From assembly GCF_006345805.1 (NCBI RefSeq), contig NW_021826262.1, forward strand, positions 1-42,514: a DNA stretch of 42,514 bases. Direction: 5' to 3'. The position numbers and the translations under genes were made by a program. Below, piece after piece: positions 11,541 through 23,769 of this stretch (position 1 is its first letter; each line of letters begins with the position of its first letter). This DNA is from Octopus sinensis. Lineage: Eukaryota. The notes under the pieces were generated by a model, which worked only from the letters and a program-made list of their open reading frames with translations, was not told where the DNA came from and ran no database searches.

Positions 11541-12145
11541 GCTCCAATAGTTTCTATGTTTTAAATTCGAATTCGATGATGGCATGGCGGAATTTTCGCA
11601 TTTAAGCCTTCAAGTTCAGTAATGTAAGAAATCAGTCAAGTATTGCTTTTCATTACAAAGCACTATATTGAACGGTTTCTCAAACAGGTTTCCGTACTTT
11701 AGCTTATGACAGACGTATTGATAACCACCAAAATATGTGTGCAAATTAATACAGAAAATAACAATAACAACAACAACAACAACAACAAGAAATACACAGA
11801 AACAGAACAAATACAGGAAATTTTGAATGGCATTCTAATATCCGATATTTGGTAAACATTGTATAAAAGCAAATATCTCACGGTTTTTTAAGCTAAATAC
11901 ACCGTTGACAAATATAGGACATTAGCAAGTTTTATTGGTTAAATATAAAGAAAAATGTGTGCTATGTAAAAAAATAATAATGGGAAAGAATAACTGTGTG
12001 GTGAAGATATTCGCTTTACAAACATATTTTTTGTGGTTCTATTCCAGTGTTCGGCCTCTTGAGAAAATGCGGTATGCAATCACGCTACGGCTCTTAAATA
12101 ACAGAGTATACAAAACAGATAAACAAAGGTCTTGAAATGAGATAT

Positions 12146-12360
12146 AATGATTTCAAAGTTTGGCACAAGGTCAGCAATATCCAGGGAGGGACTTTAAGTC
12201 GATTGCATTGACACCAGTACCCAACTGGTATTTGTTTTACTTAGCCCGAAGGGATGAAAGGCAAAATCAACCTCAGCGTAATTTGAACTCAGAAACTGAA
12301 GACGAACGAAATACCACAAACCATTTCATCCAATGTGCTAACGATACTGGAAGCTCGCCG
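12146..12360 (-). mobile_element. Family-B SINE (alternative tail variant)
   Basis: Family-B head and middle, with a tail reading atgatttcaaagtttggcacaagg on the plus strand. Confidence 0.8.
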
Positions 12361-12686
12361 GTGGTAAGTAGCTTGCTTACCAACAACATGGTTCTGGGTT
12401 CAGTCCCACTGCGTGGCACCTTGGGCAAGTGTCTTCTGCTATAGCCCCGGGCCGACCAATACCTTGTGAGTGGATTTGGTAGACGGAAACTAAAAGAATC
12501 CCGTCGTATATATGTATATGTGTGTGTTTGTGAGTCTGTGTTTGTCCTCCCAACATCACTTGATAACCGATGCTGGTGTATTTACGTCCCCATAACTTTG
12601 GCTTACAAAGAATAAGTCCTGGGGTCGATTTGCTCGACTAAAGCATGGCCGCAGTCAAATGACTGAAACAAGTAAACGACTGAAAG
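12361..12686 (+). mobile_element. Family-A SINE fused head-to-head with the family-B copy, short internal microsatellite
   Basis: gtggtaagtagcttgcttacc...ttgggcaagtgtctt...gactgaaacaagtaaa. Confidence 0.9.
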
Positions 12687-13036
12687 ATATATAAATATAT
12701 ATATATGTATGTATGTATGTATGTATGAATACTTCTCTTATAAAGAATTAAGAACTAGCTACTTTGCTTGTTACAAGATCAGCGACTTGTAGCTTTTTTT
12801 TAATTATGGGTTGGGTCGAACGACTGCCATGGTTAGCTGACAGATCTCCGGTACTGAGGAAGGGGAATGTCCTGAAACCAGCCTGGTTTACTGGTCCGGT
12901 TAAGTCGCTGGCAATACATTAAGGGCAGAGGTTGTGTCCTTAACCAGCTGGAGGAGATATTCTCCTGGGGTTAAATACATATAAATATATATATATATAT
13001 AAGAGAATGTCACATTAAGTTGACAGTATACAATTA

Positions 13037-13084
<48 letters not shown>

Positions 13085-13113
13085 TATATATATTATGTGT
13101 GTATGTATGTTAT

Positions 13114-13517
13114 ACGACGTGCTTCTTTCTGTTTCCGTCTACCAAATTCACTCGCAAGTCTTTGATCGGCCCGAGGCTATAGTAGAAGACACTTGCCCCA
13201 GGTGCCACGCAGTGGGACTGAACCCGGAATCTTGTGGTTAGGAAGCAAACTACTTACCAGACTGCCACACACACACACATGTGTGTGTGTGCGTGTGTAT
13301 TTGTTTATGTGTGTATGTATGTGTGCGACTGACTGTCTGTCAGTGTTTCACATCCAGTGTTTGTTTACATTCCCCTAACATAGCAGTTCAGTTAAACTAG
13401 ACCGACAGAGTAAGCACATAAATGATGCGTTCGATCTGATGTAAGAAGACCTCTCTTCAAAGTAATGCCCTAGTATGGCCAACATTAATGGCTGAAGCTA
13501 CTAAAAGAATAAAAGTC
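13114..13517. mobile_element. Family-A head half (13114-13267, -) and degenerate family-A tail half (13335-13517, +)
   Basis: Matches to the family-A halves in opposite orientations. Confidence 0.7.
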
Positions 13518-13535
13518 TATAAGTAATTAAATACC

Positions 13536-13931
13536 TTTTTCTACTCTAGGAACAAGGCCTGAATTTTTTGGGGAGGTGGCCAGTCGATTAGATCGACCCC
13601 AGTACGCAACTGGTACTTAATTTACAGATCGCAAAAGAATGAAAGGCAAAGTTGACCTCGGCCGAATTTGATCGCTGAACGTAAAGATAGGCGACATACC
13701 TATTTCTTTACTACCCACAAGGGGCTAAACACAGAGGGAACAAATAAGGACAGACAGACGGATTAAGTCGATTACATCGACCCCAGTGCGTAACTGGTAC
13801 TTAATTTATCGACCCCGAAAGGATGAAAGGCAAAGTCGACCTCGGCGGAATTTGAACTCAGAACGTAACGGTAGACGAAATACCGCTAAGCATTTCGCCC
13901 GGCGTGCTAACGTCTCTGCCAGTTCGCCGCC
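13536..13931 (-). mobile_element. Two family-B SINEs: headless copy 13536-13700 and full copy with a different tail 13701-13931
   Basis: The second copy has a near-consensus head and middle but the tail tatttctttactacccacaaggggctaaacacagaggg. Confidence 0.88.
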
Positions 13932-14411
13932 GTAAAGTAATTGAATATCATTAACGGACAGATTCACTTTGTCGACAATCTCTGTTGAGACTTACGAATC
14001 CCGGGTTAGAGTGGGATGAGCCGCCATCCTCCGCCGGAGGACGGGGGCTTAGCGGAGGACAAAGGTGGCGCACCGTGTAAGAACGTGACTTGGGATGATG
14101 GGGCGGTAGCAACAGACGAGGGTCTTGCATGAGATCATGACACAAAGCGGGGAGATAGCCTAGTGTGGGATGAAGACAATAGAGTGAGCGAGAAGGACAC
14201 AGTGCAAGAGGGTTTTAACCTTAATGATAACGTTGCCCCGCAGCTATTTCGTCAACGTGTAGATGAGATAAGCTCTTAAGACCTCAGCAGAAATTTCATT
14301 TTATTTCTGTTTATATATTGCTCTGCATTTACAGATTTTGTTTTGTATATTGGGATACAAAATTTCTTTGTCTTTCGCTATGCATTTTACACAAATTTTG
14401 TTTTTTGTCGT

Positions 14412-15300
14412 AAATCCTTTTCTTGTTTCAGTCGTTAGACTGCGGCAATGCTGGGGCACCACCTCGATGAATTTTTCATTAGATGAGTTAATTGACCCAG
14501 TAGTCTTTTATAGCCTGGTACTTATCCTATCGGTTTCTTTGCCGAACCGATGTTACAGGAAAATGATCACATCAAAGTGGTTGTCAAGCGGTGATCGGGG
14601 ACAAACACAAACACAAATCCTCGCCCCCATATACATACATGGTGGCTGCCCCCTCGTTAACGAGTATGGCCATTGCACGAAGCTTAATCAATGTTGTTAT
14701 CGTGCAATGCCTGTGCAAGAAGATTTTTTTTTTAAGTGAGGAAAGGCTGTGCACTGAGTCAATCCCACTCACTAAGCACCAGCAGCCATAATCCGAAAAG
14801 AAGAACAAGTCAACATCATCGGTAACCACTGAGCCGTAGGTTTTATGTCGGAGTTATCCCAGTTACCTGAGTTACCTTCTCCTAGAAGAATGCCCTAACA
14901 AAGGCAAGGAGTCCTTCACTCCCAATGGTTTAACCGCGCGATTGGGTATTCAGTCCGATTATTTCTATGTCCCCGCGCATGATACAGCCTTAAGACATTT
15001 ATTGGATGGCCGTTGACTCTCAAGAGTTCCTCCGTCCTTATGCATACATACATTTGTATGAATGTATGTATGTATGTATGTATGTATGTATGTATGTATG
15101 TATGTATGTATGTATGTATGTATGTATGTATGTATGTGCAACGGGTTTCTTTCAGTTTCCGTTTATCAAATCCACTCGCAAAGCTTTGGTCCACCCTCGG
15201 CTTTAGTAGAAAACTCCTGCCCAGGGTGCGCGCAATGGCACTGAACCTCTAACCGTGTAGTTGAGAAGCAAGCTTCTTAGCTCTAGGCCCCACCTGCGCT
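14412..15300 (-). mobile_element. Family-A SINE split by an insertion in its internal microsatellite (tail 14412-14617, head 15140-15300)
   Basis: Both halves are on the minus strand in the correct order. They are separated by ~400 bp of unrelated sequence and (ATGT)n at 15043-15137. Confidence 0.7.
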
Positions 15301-15764
15301 TATAATATATCAGCGAATAAAATTGATATTCTTAATACTAAAATAAAAAAGAATGATGAGCGTGTAATACAATACGAAAGTAGCTGTTGATATAATCTTC
15401 AAAATACGGCTAACCAAATGCTTCACATTATTTCACACACGTACATAAAAGCTGGTCTGTAAGTTCTGAATTTGCTTCACATTATATCTTAAGATATTAA
15501 CGTAATTTCCTGTAGAATAGCAGCTTTCAGTTTACACGTTGTGTGCAGTTTATTGACAATTATTTTCCCTTTTGAGGTAGTCTCAAAGAGAATAATCACA
15601 AACCGAAAGTTCAAGTGATCAAGCAAGCTATTTCATGTCACAGCGCTAGAAAATGACATGGTCGGTAAACATTATTTAATAACGTCCATAGATGTTCTTG
15701 CTGGCAAATGTGGTCTAACTGGCTTGTTGAAACCTGGATATTGTCATCTTTATAATCTTTTATC

Positions 15765-15930
15765 TTCCACTTGTTTCAGTCATGAGACTTGCTATGAGAC
15801 TCCGGCCATGCTGGGGCACCGCTTCGAAGTATTTTTAGTCGTATGTGTCGACCCCAGTGTCTATCTTTTTGTAAAGCCTGGTACTTATTCCAGCGGTTAT
15901 TTTGTCGAACAGATAAGTTACGGGGTATCT
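15765..15930 (-). mobile_element. Family-A SINE tail half
   Basis: cttgtttcagtcat...ggccatgctggggcaccgc...tcgaccccag. Confidence 0.75.
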
Positions 15931-16029
15931 CGTCTCAGATAGTATGTTAAAATATTAAGAATCCAGCATGCATTCATGAGCACACAACCCCCTACACACA
16001 CACACACATACACACGCACACACACACAC

Positions 16030-16076
<47 letters not shown>

Positions 16077-16499
16077 TCATACATGCATATATACATATAT
16101 ACATACATATATACACATGTACACACACATATATATGAAGAACGATAATAGATATGTACCTAAAGAGATAAACAGATACATAGATGATGTTGTATAGTGA
16201 AACTGTACACCCCTCCCGGTAAAATGTGGTAGTAGTCAGCCATTATAAATAGATAGGGAAAAAGGTGAGGAAGTCGAGAGTACATGTAGATTGTGTTGAT
16301 AGTCGTGTCTGTGCTGATATAGTGATTATACGGGGATACTGAGTGGACATTATATGGATCCAACCTGTTGAGGATAATAACACTGTTCGACTGGAGATAG
16401 AAACATTCTATGGACAACTTCGGAATATAACAATATCAGTCAGAGCGACAACCGTCGTCAAAAGACAGACGCAACAGTGGCAAAAGACCGCTTTACAAC

Positions 16500-16536
<37 letters not shown>

Positions 16537-16558
16537 CATACATACATACATACATACA

Positions 16559-16592
<34 letters not shown>

Positions 16593-17254
16593 CATACATA
16601 CATACATACATAGACAGATAACAGATTAATATTGGGTTGGGAAATTTATATTTCATCTTAATTTGGTGAGTAAAACAACATAAACTGAGTTCAAATTCTA
16701 TTGTCTGGGGAGAGCGATTCTCTTTTGGTGCCTTGTTGTCTCTCAAAAAAATACCCTTGACGTTATTTCGTCTACCTTTTCCAAAATTTCTTGCTCTTCA
16801 TATTTTCCAAATTTGTAATTTAGGTGACGGCAGTTACATGACTACACCGGCTACTATATATATAATTAATTATTAGATTATCGTTTATCTATTTCTGAGT
16901 ACTGATGACGTACAAGATATAGAAACCGACTGCCTATAGATATAGGACAAATATGAACATGTCCAATTAGAAGACGCATTAGATTGTGGGATGAATTGAG
17001 AGTCATCGTTCAAGGACTGATAAAAACAGTAAACATCACTCCTGTAACGCGTGCGTGCCTTCTCATTTTTTAATCCTTTCTTTTCTTGTTACCTGCCTTT
17101 TTTGTAGAAATATGTTGTGGTTAGACCTAGAAAGATCTGGATGAGGAGATCTAAATATGCATGAAACACATTGTATCTGACAATGCCCCCCCCCCCCATA
17201 TTTATATGAATTGTTCAGGGACCGTGATAAGTCTAGGAAATATAAAAAATAAAC

Positions 17255-17572
17255 TGGCTTACCGTCGGTTACGACGGCGATGGTTCCAGTTGGTCGGATC
17301 GAACGAACGATCTGCTCCTGAGATGCAAACGGCTGAGCACTCTACAAACACATGTACTATTAACGAAGTTCTCGGGATATTCAGCGTGACATAGAATATG
17401 ACAAGGGTGGCCCCATTTGAATAACAGGTACAGCACATTTTTGCCAGTTGAGTGACTCGAGTAATGTGGAAAAAAAAACGGTCTTGCTCAAGGATACATC
17501 GCACTACCCATAGTTGAACGCACTACACTATCTTATGACCGAGAGCCGAATACACCAAACCACTAAGCCACG
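17255..17572 (-). mobile_element. tRNA-derived SINE (family D) with a CORE-like body and the same tail as 34225-34589
   Basis: Head GTGGCTTAGTGG and body CCTTGAGCAAGAC. Tail CCTTGTCA..GTCACGCTGAAT..CCGAGAAC...GTAACCGACGG. Confidence 0.8.
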
Positions 17573-17722
17573 AACCTGAATTAATATAAACAATAATATA
17601 GACTCGAGTCATTTATGGTAATTCGCAAAACCAAAAGATATAATTTAAATGCCCTCGCCTCGAACTTACTAAAAAAACGGTAAATGTGCTACTGAAGAAA
17701 TTGGTTATATGTTTTAAAATGA

Positions 17723-18619
17723 TGGCTGCATGGCTATGGGATAAGAAAGTTTCAGGTTCGGTCCCACTGCATGGCATCTTCGAGGAGTGTCTTCTACTAT
17801 ATCCCTTGGCCAACCGAAGTTTTGTGAGTTGATCTGGTCGAGGGAAACTGAAAGAAGTCCGTCGTATGTATGTACATGTATATATATATATATTTGTATA
17901 TGTATGTGTATGTATATGTGTGTATATGTATGTATCTATGTACGTAAGTCTTTTTGTTTGTGTTTATCCTCTCCCACTGCTTGACAACCGATTTGGTTTG
18001 TTAACGTCCTCATCCTTTAGCGGTTTTCTAAAGTACGAGGCTTGAAAATACGTTGTAGGTTCGATTTGCTTGACTAGACAATTGGAGGCGGTTCACAGAA
18101 TTGCTTCTGTTTAATGACAGAAACAAGTAACAGATAAAAAAAACGACAAAAAATCCCCGAAAGCAACAGATAACCACCATTGGCACAGCGTAGCTGTGTG
18201 GTAAGAAGCTTGCTTCCCAACTACAAGGCTCCGGGTTCAGCCCCACTGCGTGGCACCTTGGACAAGTGTCTTCTACTATAGCTTCGGGACGACCAAATCT
18301 TTTATGAGGGTGTTTGGTACAGGGAAACTGAGAGAAGCCCGTCGTATATATATATATGTGTGTGTGTGTGTGTTGTGTGTGTGTGTGTGTGTGTGTGTAT
18401 TCGCGTGTGTGTTTTTTTTTGCGCACACCTCCACCATTACTTGACAAATAATGTCGGTGTGTTTATGTCCCCGTAACTTAGCGGTTCGGCAAAAGAAACC
18501 GATTGAATAATAGTAAAAGGCTTCCAAATAATAGGTCTTGGGGTGGAATCATTCAACTAAAGGCGGTGCTCCAGCATGGCTGTAGTCAAATGACTGAAAC
18601 AAGTAAAAGAATACAAGAA
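17723..18619 (+). mobile_element. Two tandem family-A SINEs (17723-18140 degenerate, 18181-18619)
   Basis: Head, internal microsatellite and tail are present in each. Confidence 0.88.
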
Positions 18620-19156
18620 GAACCATTTTACTGCAAGACACACACAACAGAAATTCTGAAGTGACGGATTCACAGTCGTTGTCCCTGAAGCATCATGAGC
18701 AGTTGATTTAAACTTACCTTACTCGCCTTTTTTCATCATTAAGCTGACAAGAAATAAGGCTGATAGTGAATCATAGAAAAAAGCTAACGATAAAATATTT
18801 GCTGACATTTCATATAGCACTTGAACTGATTGCTTTCATTTTGGCAGGAAAACAAATTGAATTTATAGCATTCAAAATTACATCTCCCTCTTGCTTCACA
18901 GATATGTGATCTATCGTATAATTTTTTTAGTTTATTGTTTCTTCTTCGATATATCTGCCTAAATACCTGATTCAAAATGAAGACAATTTCTTAAATATGT
19001 TCGTTGAATATAATGGAATTAATTGACCGAAAATTTGTTGACCTATTACTCTCTACTGATGACGCACGCTATACAGAAACGGAGTGTTTACAGATATGGA
19101 ACAAAAGAAAAATAATTAGATAGAGAAACAACATCTAATTTTGAACTATTTGCACG

Positions 19157-19189
<33 letters not shown>

Positions 19190-19580
19190 ATATACATACA
19201 TTCATCCTTATATACGTATATATATATACACATATACATATACATACATAGTACGTACATACATATAAATATATATACATGTATATAATGACATATTTAC
19301 ACATAAATATAATTATACACATGTAATATACTATTTGTGCATCAATATATTTATATGTGTATGCATATGTGAATCTGTTGTGTATGTGTATGAGTCTGCT
19401 GTGTGTGTGTGCGTTGTCTGTACATTAGTGATATATTGTAAGATATTTACATATTTTTGATGAGTAAATATATATATATATACATATACTCACATACGCG
19501 CACGTATGCGTCTAGTACTTCCTGATATGATATTATATTATACTTGAGAATCTATATCAAAAGATATATGTGTGTTTGTG

Positions 19581-19641
<61 letters not shown>

Positions 19642-19659
19642 AATATACATTTATATTGA

Positions 19660-19720
19660 TATATATTACACTTGCTTCAGGTTCCTAGACCTGTCTTCGT
19701 CTTTTGTTTTCTGTAAATTT
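19660..19720 (-). mobile_element. Short fragment matching the end of the Penelope-like element at 36839-38578
   Basis: The reverse complement AAACAAAAGACGAAGACAGGT matches AAACAAAAGACGAAGGCAGGT near 36860 (20/21). Confidence 0.45.
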
Positions 19721-20287
19721 GAAACATATAAATATATAATATATATATATATATATTATATATATATATATATATCTTATATATCATATATATAAATCCT
19801 ATTCGGTCGATCGTCGCCATCTTTGGTCGGTCGCTTGCTTGACTGGCTAGCGATTTTAGGACAGCTTTCGTCTAGTCGGGGCTAGAAATGGTTTGCGAAT
19901 TTTTGTGTCCATATACATATATATATATATATATGTATTAGCATATTTGTGTAATTATGTTTGCTTATAAAACTTTGTGCGTATGTGTTTACACCGATAT
20001 TAATGTACATTTAGAGACAGAGCAGGAAAAAAAATAATCATGCTGAGTAAATTGGCGTTCATACTAAAATAGCTAACCTATATGTGCGTTTATGGAGAGG
20101 TGATGTTTCGAGGTTGCGTCGGTATGGAGGTATGTCGGTGTGTCGATCTATAATAGGTCAAACAGATTATAACTCCCGGGAGGGTCATATAGGAAATTCA
20201 TTCCATTTGTTCTCCCCAAAAAACATATTTCTCATTATTTACATTCGACTATTTCATTGTTTTTAACAATCGTTGTTTTTATTATTA

Positions 20288-20327
<40 letters not shown>

Positions 20328-20399
20328 GAGTTTTCTTGTTATTGAAGCTGTTCTTGTTGTCGTCATCATTATCATCATCATCATCAACTTGAATTGTAA

Positions 20400-20492
20400 T
20401 AGTAGTAGTAGTAGTGAGTAGTAGTAGTACTAGTACTAGTAGCAGCCGTAGTAGTAGAAGTAGTAGTAGTGGTAGTAGTAGTGGTAGTAGTG

Positions 20493-20544
<52 letters not shown>

Positions 20545-20561
20545 TAGTAGTGGTAGTAGTG

Positions 20562-20605
<44 letters not shown>

Positions 20606-20676
20606 GGTAGTAGTGGTGGTGGTAGTAGTAGTAGTTGTAGTAGTAGTATGAGGAGGAGGAGGAGGAGGAGGAGGAA
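20400..20676. repeat. (GTA)n/(GTG)n/(GAG)n compound microsatellite
   Basis: Direct reading. Confidence 0.95.
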
Positions 20677-20686
20677 AGTTATAGAA

Positions 20687-20865
20687 AATGCTTAGCATCA
20701 CATTTTTTCAAGTTCTTCATGTTTCGTGGTTCATTTGGCCGAGGTAAATATTTACACTTCAAACTTTCGCAGTCGATAAAATATTAAAAGTTGGGCAATG
20801 GGTGTGGTACAATCGATATAGCACCTCTCTTGAAATTGCCGGCCTTGGGCCGAAATCTAAAACCA
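20687..20865 (+). mobile_element. Degenerate family-B SINE
   Basis: aaatgcttagc...gccgaggt...gtcgataaaat...ggccttgggccgaa. Confidence 0.6.
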
Positions 20866-20869
20866 TTGT

Positions 20870-20876
20870 ATCATTA

Positions 20877-20929
<53 letters not shown>

Positions 20930-21105
20930 GCTCTTCTTCATCTTCTTCTTTCTTCTTTTTCTTCTTTCTTCTTCTCTCTTCTTCTTCTTCTTCTTCTTTC
21001 TTTCTTTTTTTCTTCTTCTTCTTCTCTTCTTTCTTCTTCTTTTCTTCTTCTTCTCTCTTCTCTCTCTTCTCTCTTCTTCTTCTTCTTCCTTCAGTCTCTT
21101 CTTCT
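20870..21105. repeat. (TAT)n followed by (TCT)n microsatellite
   Basis: Direct reading. Confidence 0.95.
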
Positions 21106-21106
21106 A

Positions 21107-21508
21107 GTCCGTGCTGCCATCAGCAAATGTTTTGATCCAGTAGCCTTGAACTCGCTCTGACCCCGGGGCCTTCCAGTTGCTCATTTTTTTGCTGATTTCC
21201 TTCACTTCCCTAACTAAAATGACTAGTTCAGCCTGTTTTGGACAGACTACTGTTTGTTTTAGTTCTTGCAATCATTCAGCATCCTTCTTGTGCTCCTTGT
21301 CTTTGCTTCAAATGTCACTCCAAAACCTTTGACTTTCAATGTTATCTGGTATCAACTTTTCATCTGCACATCCTCCATCTATGCCTTTATAGAATTTCTT
21401 CTGATCTACTCTGAATAACTTATTCTGGTGGTAACACTTCATTCTTACCATCTTTGCTTTCTCTCAACGAGGCGCTGCTTCAGGTCCTCCACTACTGCTT
21501 TCAGGCCC
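21107..21508 (-). mobile_element. R4/Dong-type non-LTR retrotransposon, pre-RT internal fragment (pseudogenised)
   Basis: LFRVDQKKFYKGIDG...QRFWSDI*SKDKEHKKDAE*L...MSNWKAPGSERVQGYWIK, a WKAPGPDG-type motif 0 with Trp-to-stop changes. Confidence 0.8.
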
Positions 21509-21526
21509 TTTATTATTATTATTATT

Positions 21527-22057
21527 GAGTGAGAGAGCAGTGCATGCCATCAAAGTGACACTGGGGTAAAATATACGAAGCCAATATACCCATCAGACTA
21601 CCCGTCTTAAAGGTACACCAGGCACATGCATCACACAACCATATGTGCGCGACATGGTGATCTCATATCAAGATAAACAGCACATGACCTTGCAGGTGGG
21701 GCCCAGTTAGAATTTTCTTCAGGTTGAGAAGCCCATCCCGCTGAATAAGGGTTGTTTAAGGATGTTGAAAGAACCACCCATGTTTCCAGAGGTGAATTAT
21801 TCAAACCCCAAAGAATCCCTCTCGACACATGGCTATGATGCTCCCCCACTACTTCTGCTCGTGATCAGAGATGCACATATCGTCAGCCACTAAGGGACAT
21901 GCTCAACTGGTTAAGGTCAAACAACTGACAAGCAAATCTGTGGTATTGAGCAGAATATTTGCTGTAGCCCATCTTTTATACCAAGACAAAACAATGTACA
22001 TGATAACACTTCCAATCAGTTAAGATCAGAAGCTATGAGAGCCACTGCCTGGTACTG

Positions 22058-22058
<1 letters not shown>
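21527..22058. mobile_element. Unclassified 532-bp non-coding element bounded by (TAT)n on both sides
   Basis: Complex sequence with sharp borders to (TAT)n at 21510-21526 and 22059-22112. No TIR or convincing ORF. Confidence 0.45.
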
Positions 22059-22112
<54 letters not shown>

Positions 22113-22114
<2 letters not shown>

Positions 22115-22302
22115 AGGCGTTAGCACGCCGGGCGAAGTGCTTACCGGCGTTTCATTTGTCTTCACGTTCAGATTTCAAATGCCGCCGGAGTCGACTTTGC
22201 CGTTCACCAAATCGAAAGCGATAAAATAAGTACCCGTTGAGCACTGGGGTCGATGTAATCCACAAGGCCCTTCCCCACAAATTTCAAGCCTTGAGTAGAA
22301 AG
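22113..22302 (+). mobile_element. Family-B SINE
   Basis: gttagcacgccgggcgaa...gtcgactttgcc...ctggggtcgat...gagtagaaagg. Confidence 0.8.
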
Positions 22303-22337
22303 GATTATTATTCTTTCTTTTATGCTTTGTCAATTAA

Positions 22338-22535
22338 TCGTTTCAGTCATTTGCCTGCGGCCATGCTTGGGCACCTTGAAAGGTTTTAGCCAAAGAAATC
22401 GATCTTATTTTTTAAGCCCAGGACATATCCCATCGGTGTCATTGCCGAACTGCTAAGTTATGGGGATGTAAACACACCAGCACTGGTTGTCAAGCGGCAG
22501 CGGGGGTCAAACACAGACACACACACATTTGTATG

Positions 22536-22567
<32 letters not shown>

Positions 22568-22704
22568 ATGTGTGTGTGTGTGTGTATGTATATGTATTTT
22601 ATCTCTAATTTATATTTTGTATAATACCTATATATATACATATACATATATACACACACATATATATATATCACATATATACATCTATATATATATATAT
22701 TAAC

Positions 22705-22750
<46 letters not shown>

Positions 22751-22835
22751 CTTATAAAAATATACATATATATACATATATATACATATATGTATATACA
22801 CATATATACACACATATATATACATGTATATATAC

Positions 22836-22887
<52 letters not shown>

Positions 22888-23015
22888 ATATATATATATA
22901 TATATCTATGTATGTATATGTATATATGTATGTATATTACGGCCCGAGGCTACGGTAGAAGGTACTTGTACAAGATGTGACGCAATGTACCGAACCTCGT
23001 ACCACGTGTTTGGCT
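22338..23015 (-). mobile_element. Family-A SINE with internal microsatellite expanded to ~410 bp
   Basis: Tail half 22338-22525, (TA/CA)n 22525-22935, head half 22938-23015. Confidence 0.7.
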
Positions 23016-23200
23016 AATAACATTAACAAGAGCAATATCAGCACAACAATAACACCAACATCAAAAACGACGCCGTGAACCGTAATAAAAAACAAACAAC
23101 AGAACAACAACAACACTAATGATAATAATAATAGTATAATAATAATTTTAATATAATATAATAATAAGATAATAATATAGTATAATAATAATAAATAATA

Positions 23201-23249
<49 letters not shown>

Positions 23250-23250
23250 T

Positions 23251-23311
<61 letters not shown>

Positions 23312-23313
<2 letters not shown>

Positions 23314-23503
23314 TAAAACACCAGGACTTACAACACATATAGCATACAGAGAATTGCACTACTAGGCACTGCACATATCCTACGCAGAACACTTTCAATA
23401 CAATAACCATCAGAGCATTACAACAAATCACAGCACATACCCAAGGCACACAGAGCTGCGCTCGGCAGTGAAGTGAAAGCACGCTATAAAAATAAAACTA
23501 CTA
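23312..23503 (+). mobile_element. 5'-truncated R4/Dong-type retrotransposon 3' end inside an (AAT)n array
   Basis: SIQRIALLGTAHILRRTLSIQ* (TAA 23404-23406) followed by a ~100-nt 3' UTR. Flanked by (AAT)n at 23118-23310 and 23504-23610. Confidence 0.85.
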
Positions 23504-23548
<45 letters not shown>

Positions 23549-23550
23549 TA

Positions 23551-23590
<40 letters not shown>

Positions 23591-23689
23591 TAATAATAAT
23601 AATGTAATAATAGTAATAAAATTCTAATTCATTGTTCTCATAATAACCTCCATATTCTTCGTTCTTATGTACAGTAAACTGAATCATTT

Positions 23690-23692
23690 CTG

Positions 23693-23769
<77 letters not shown>

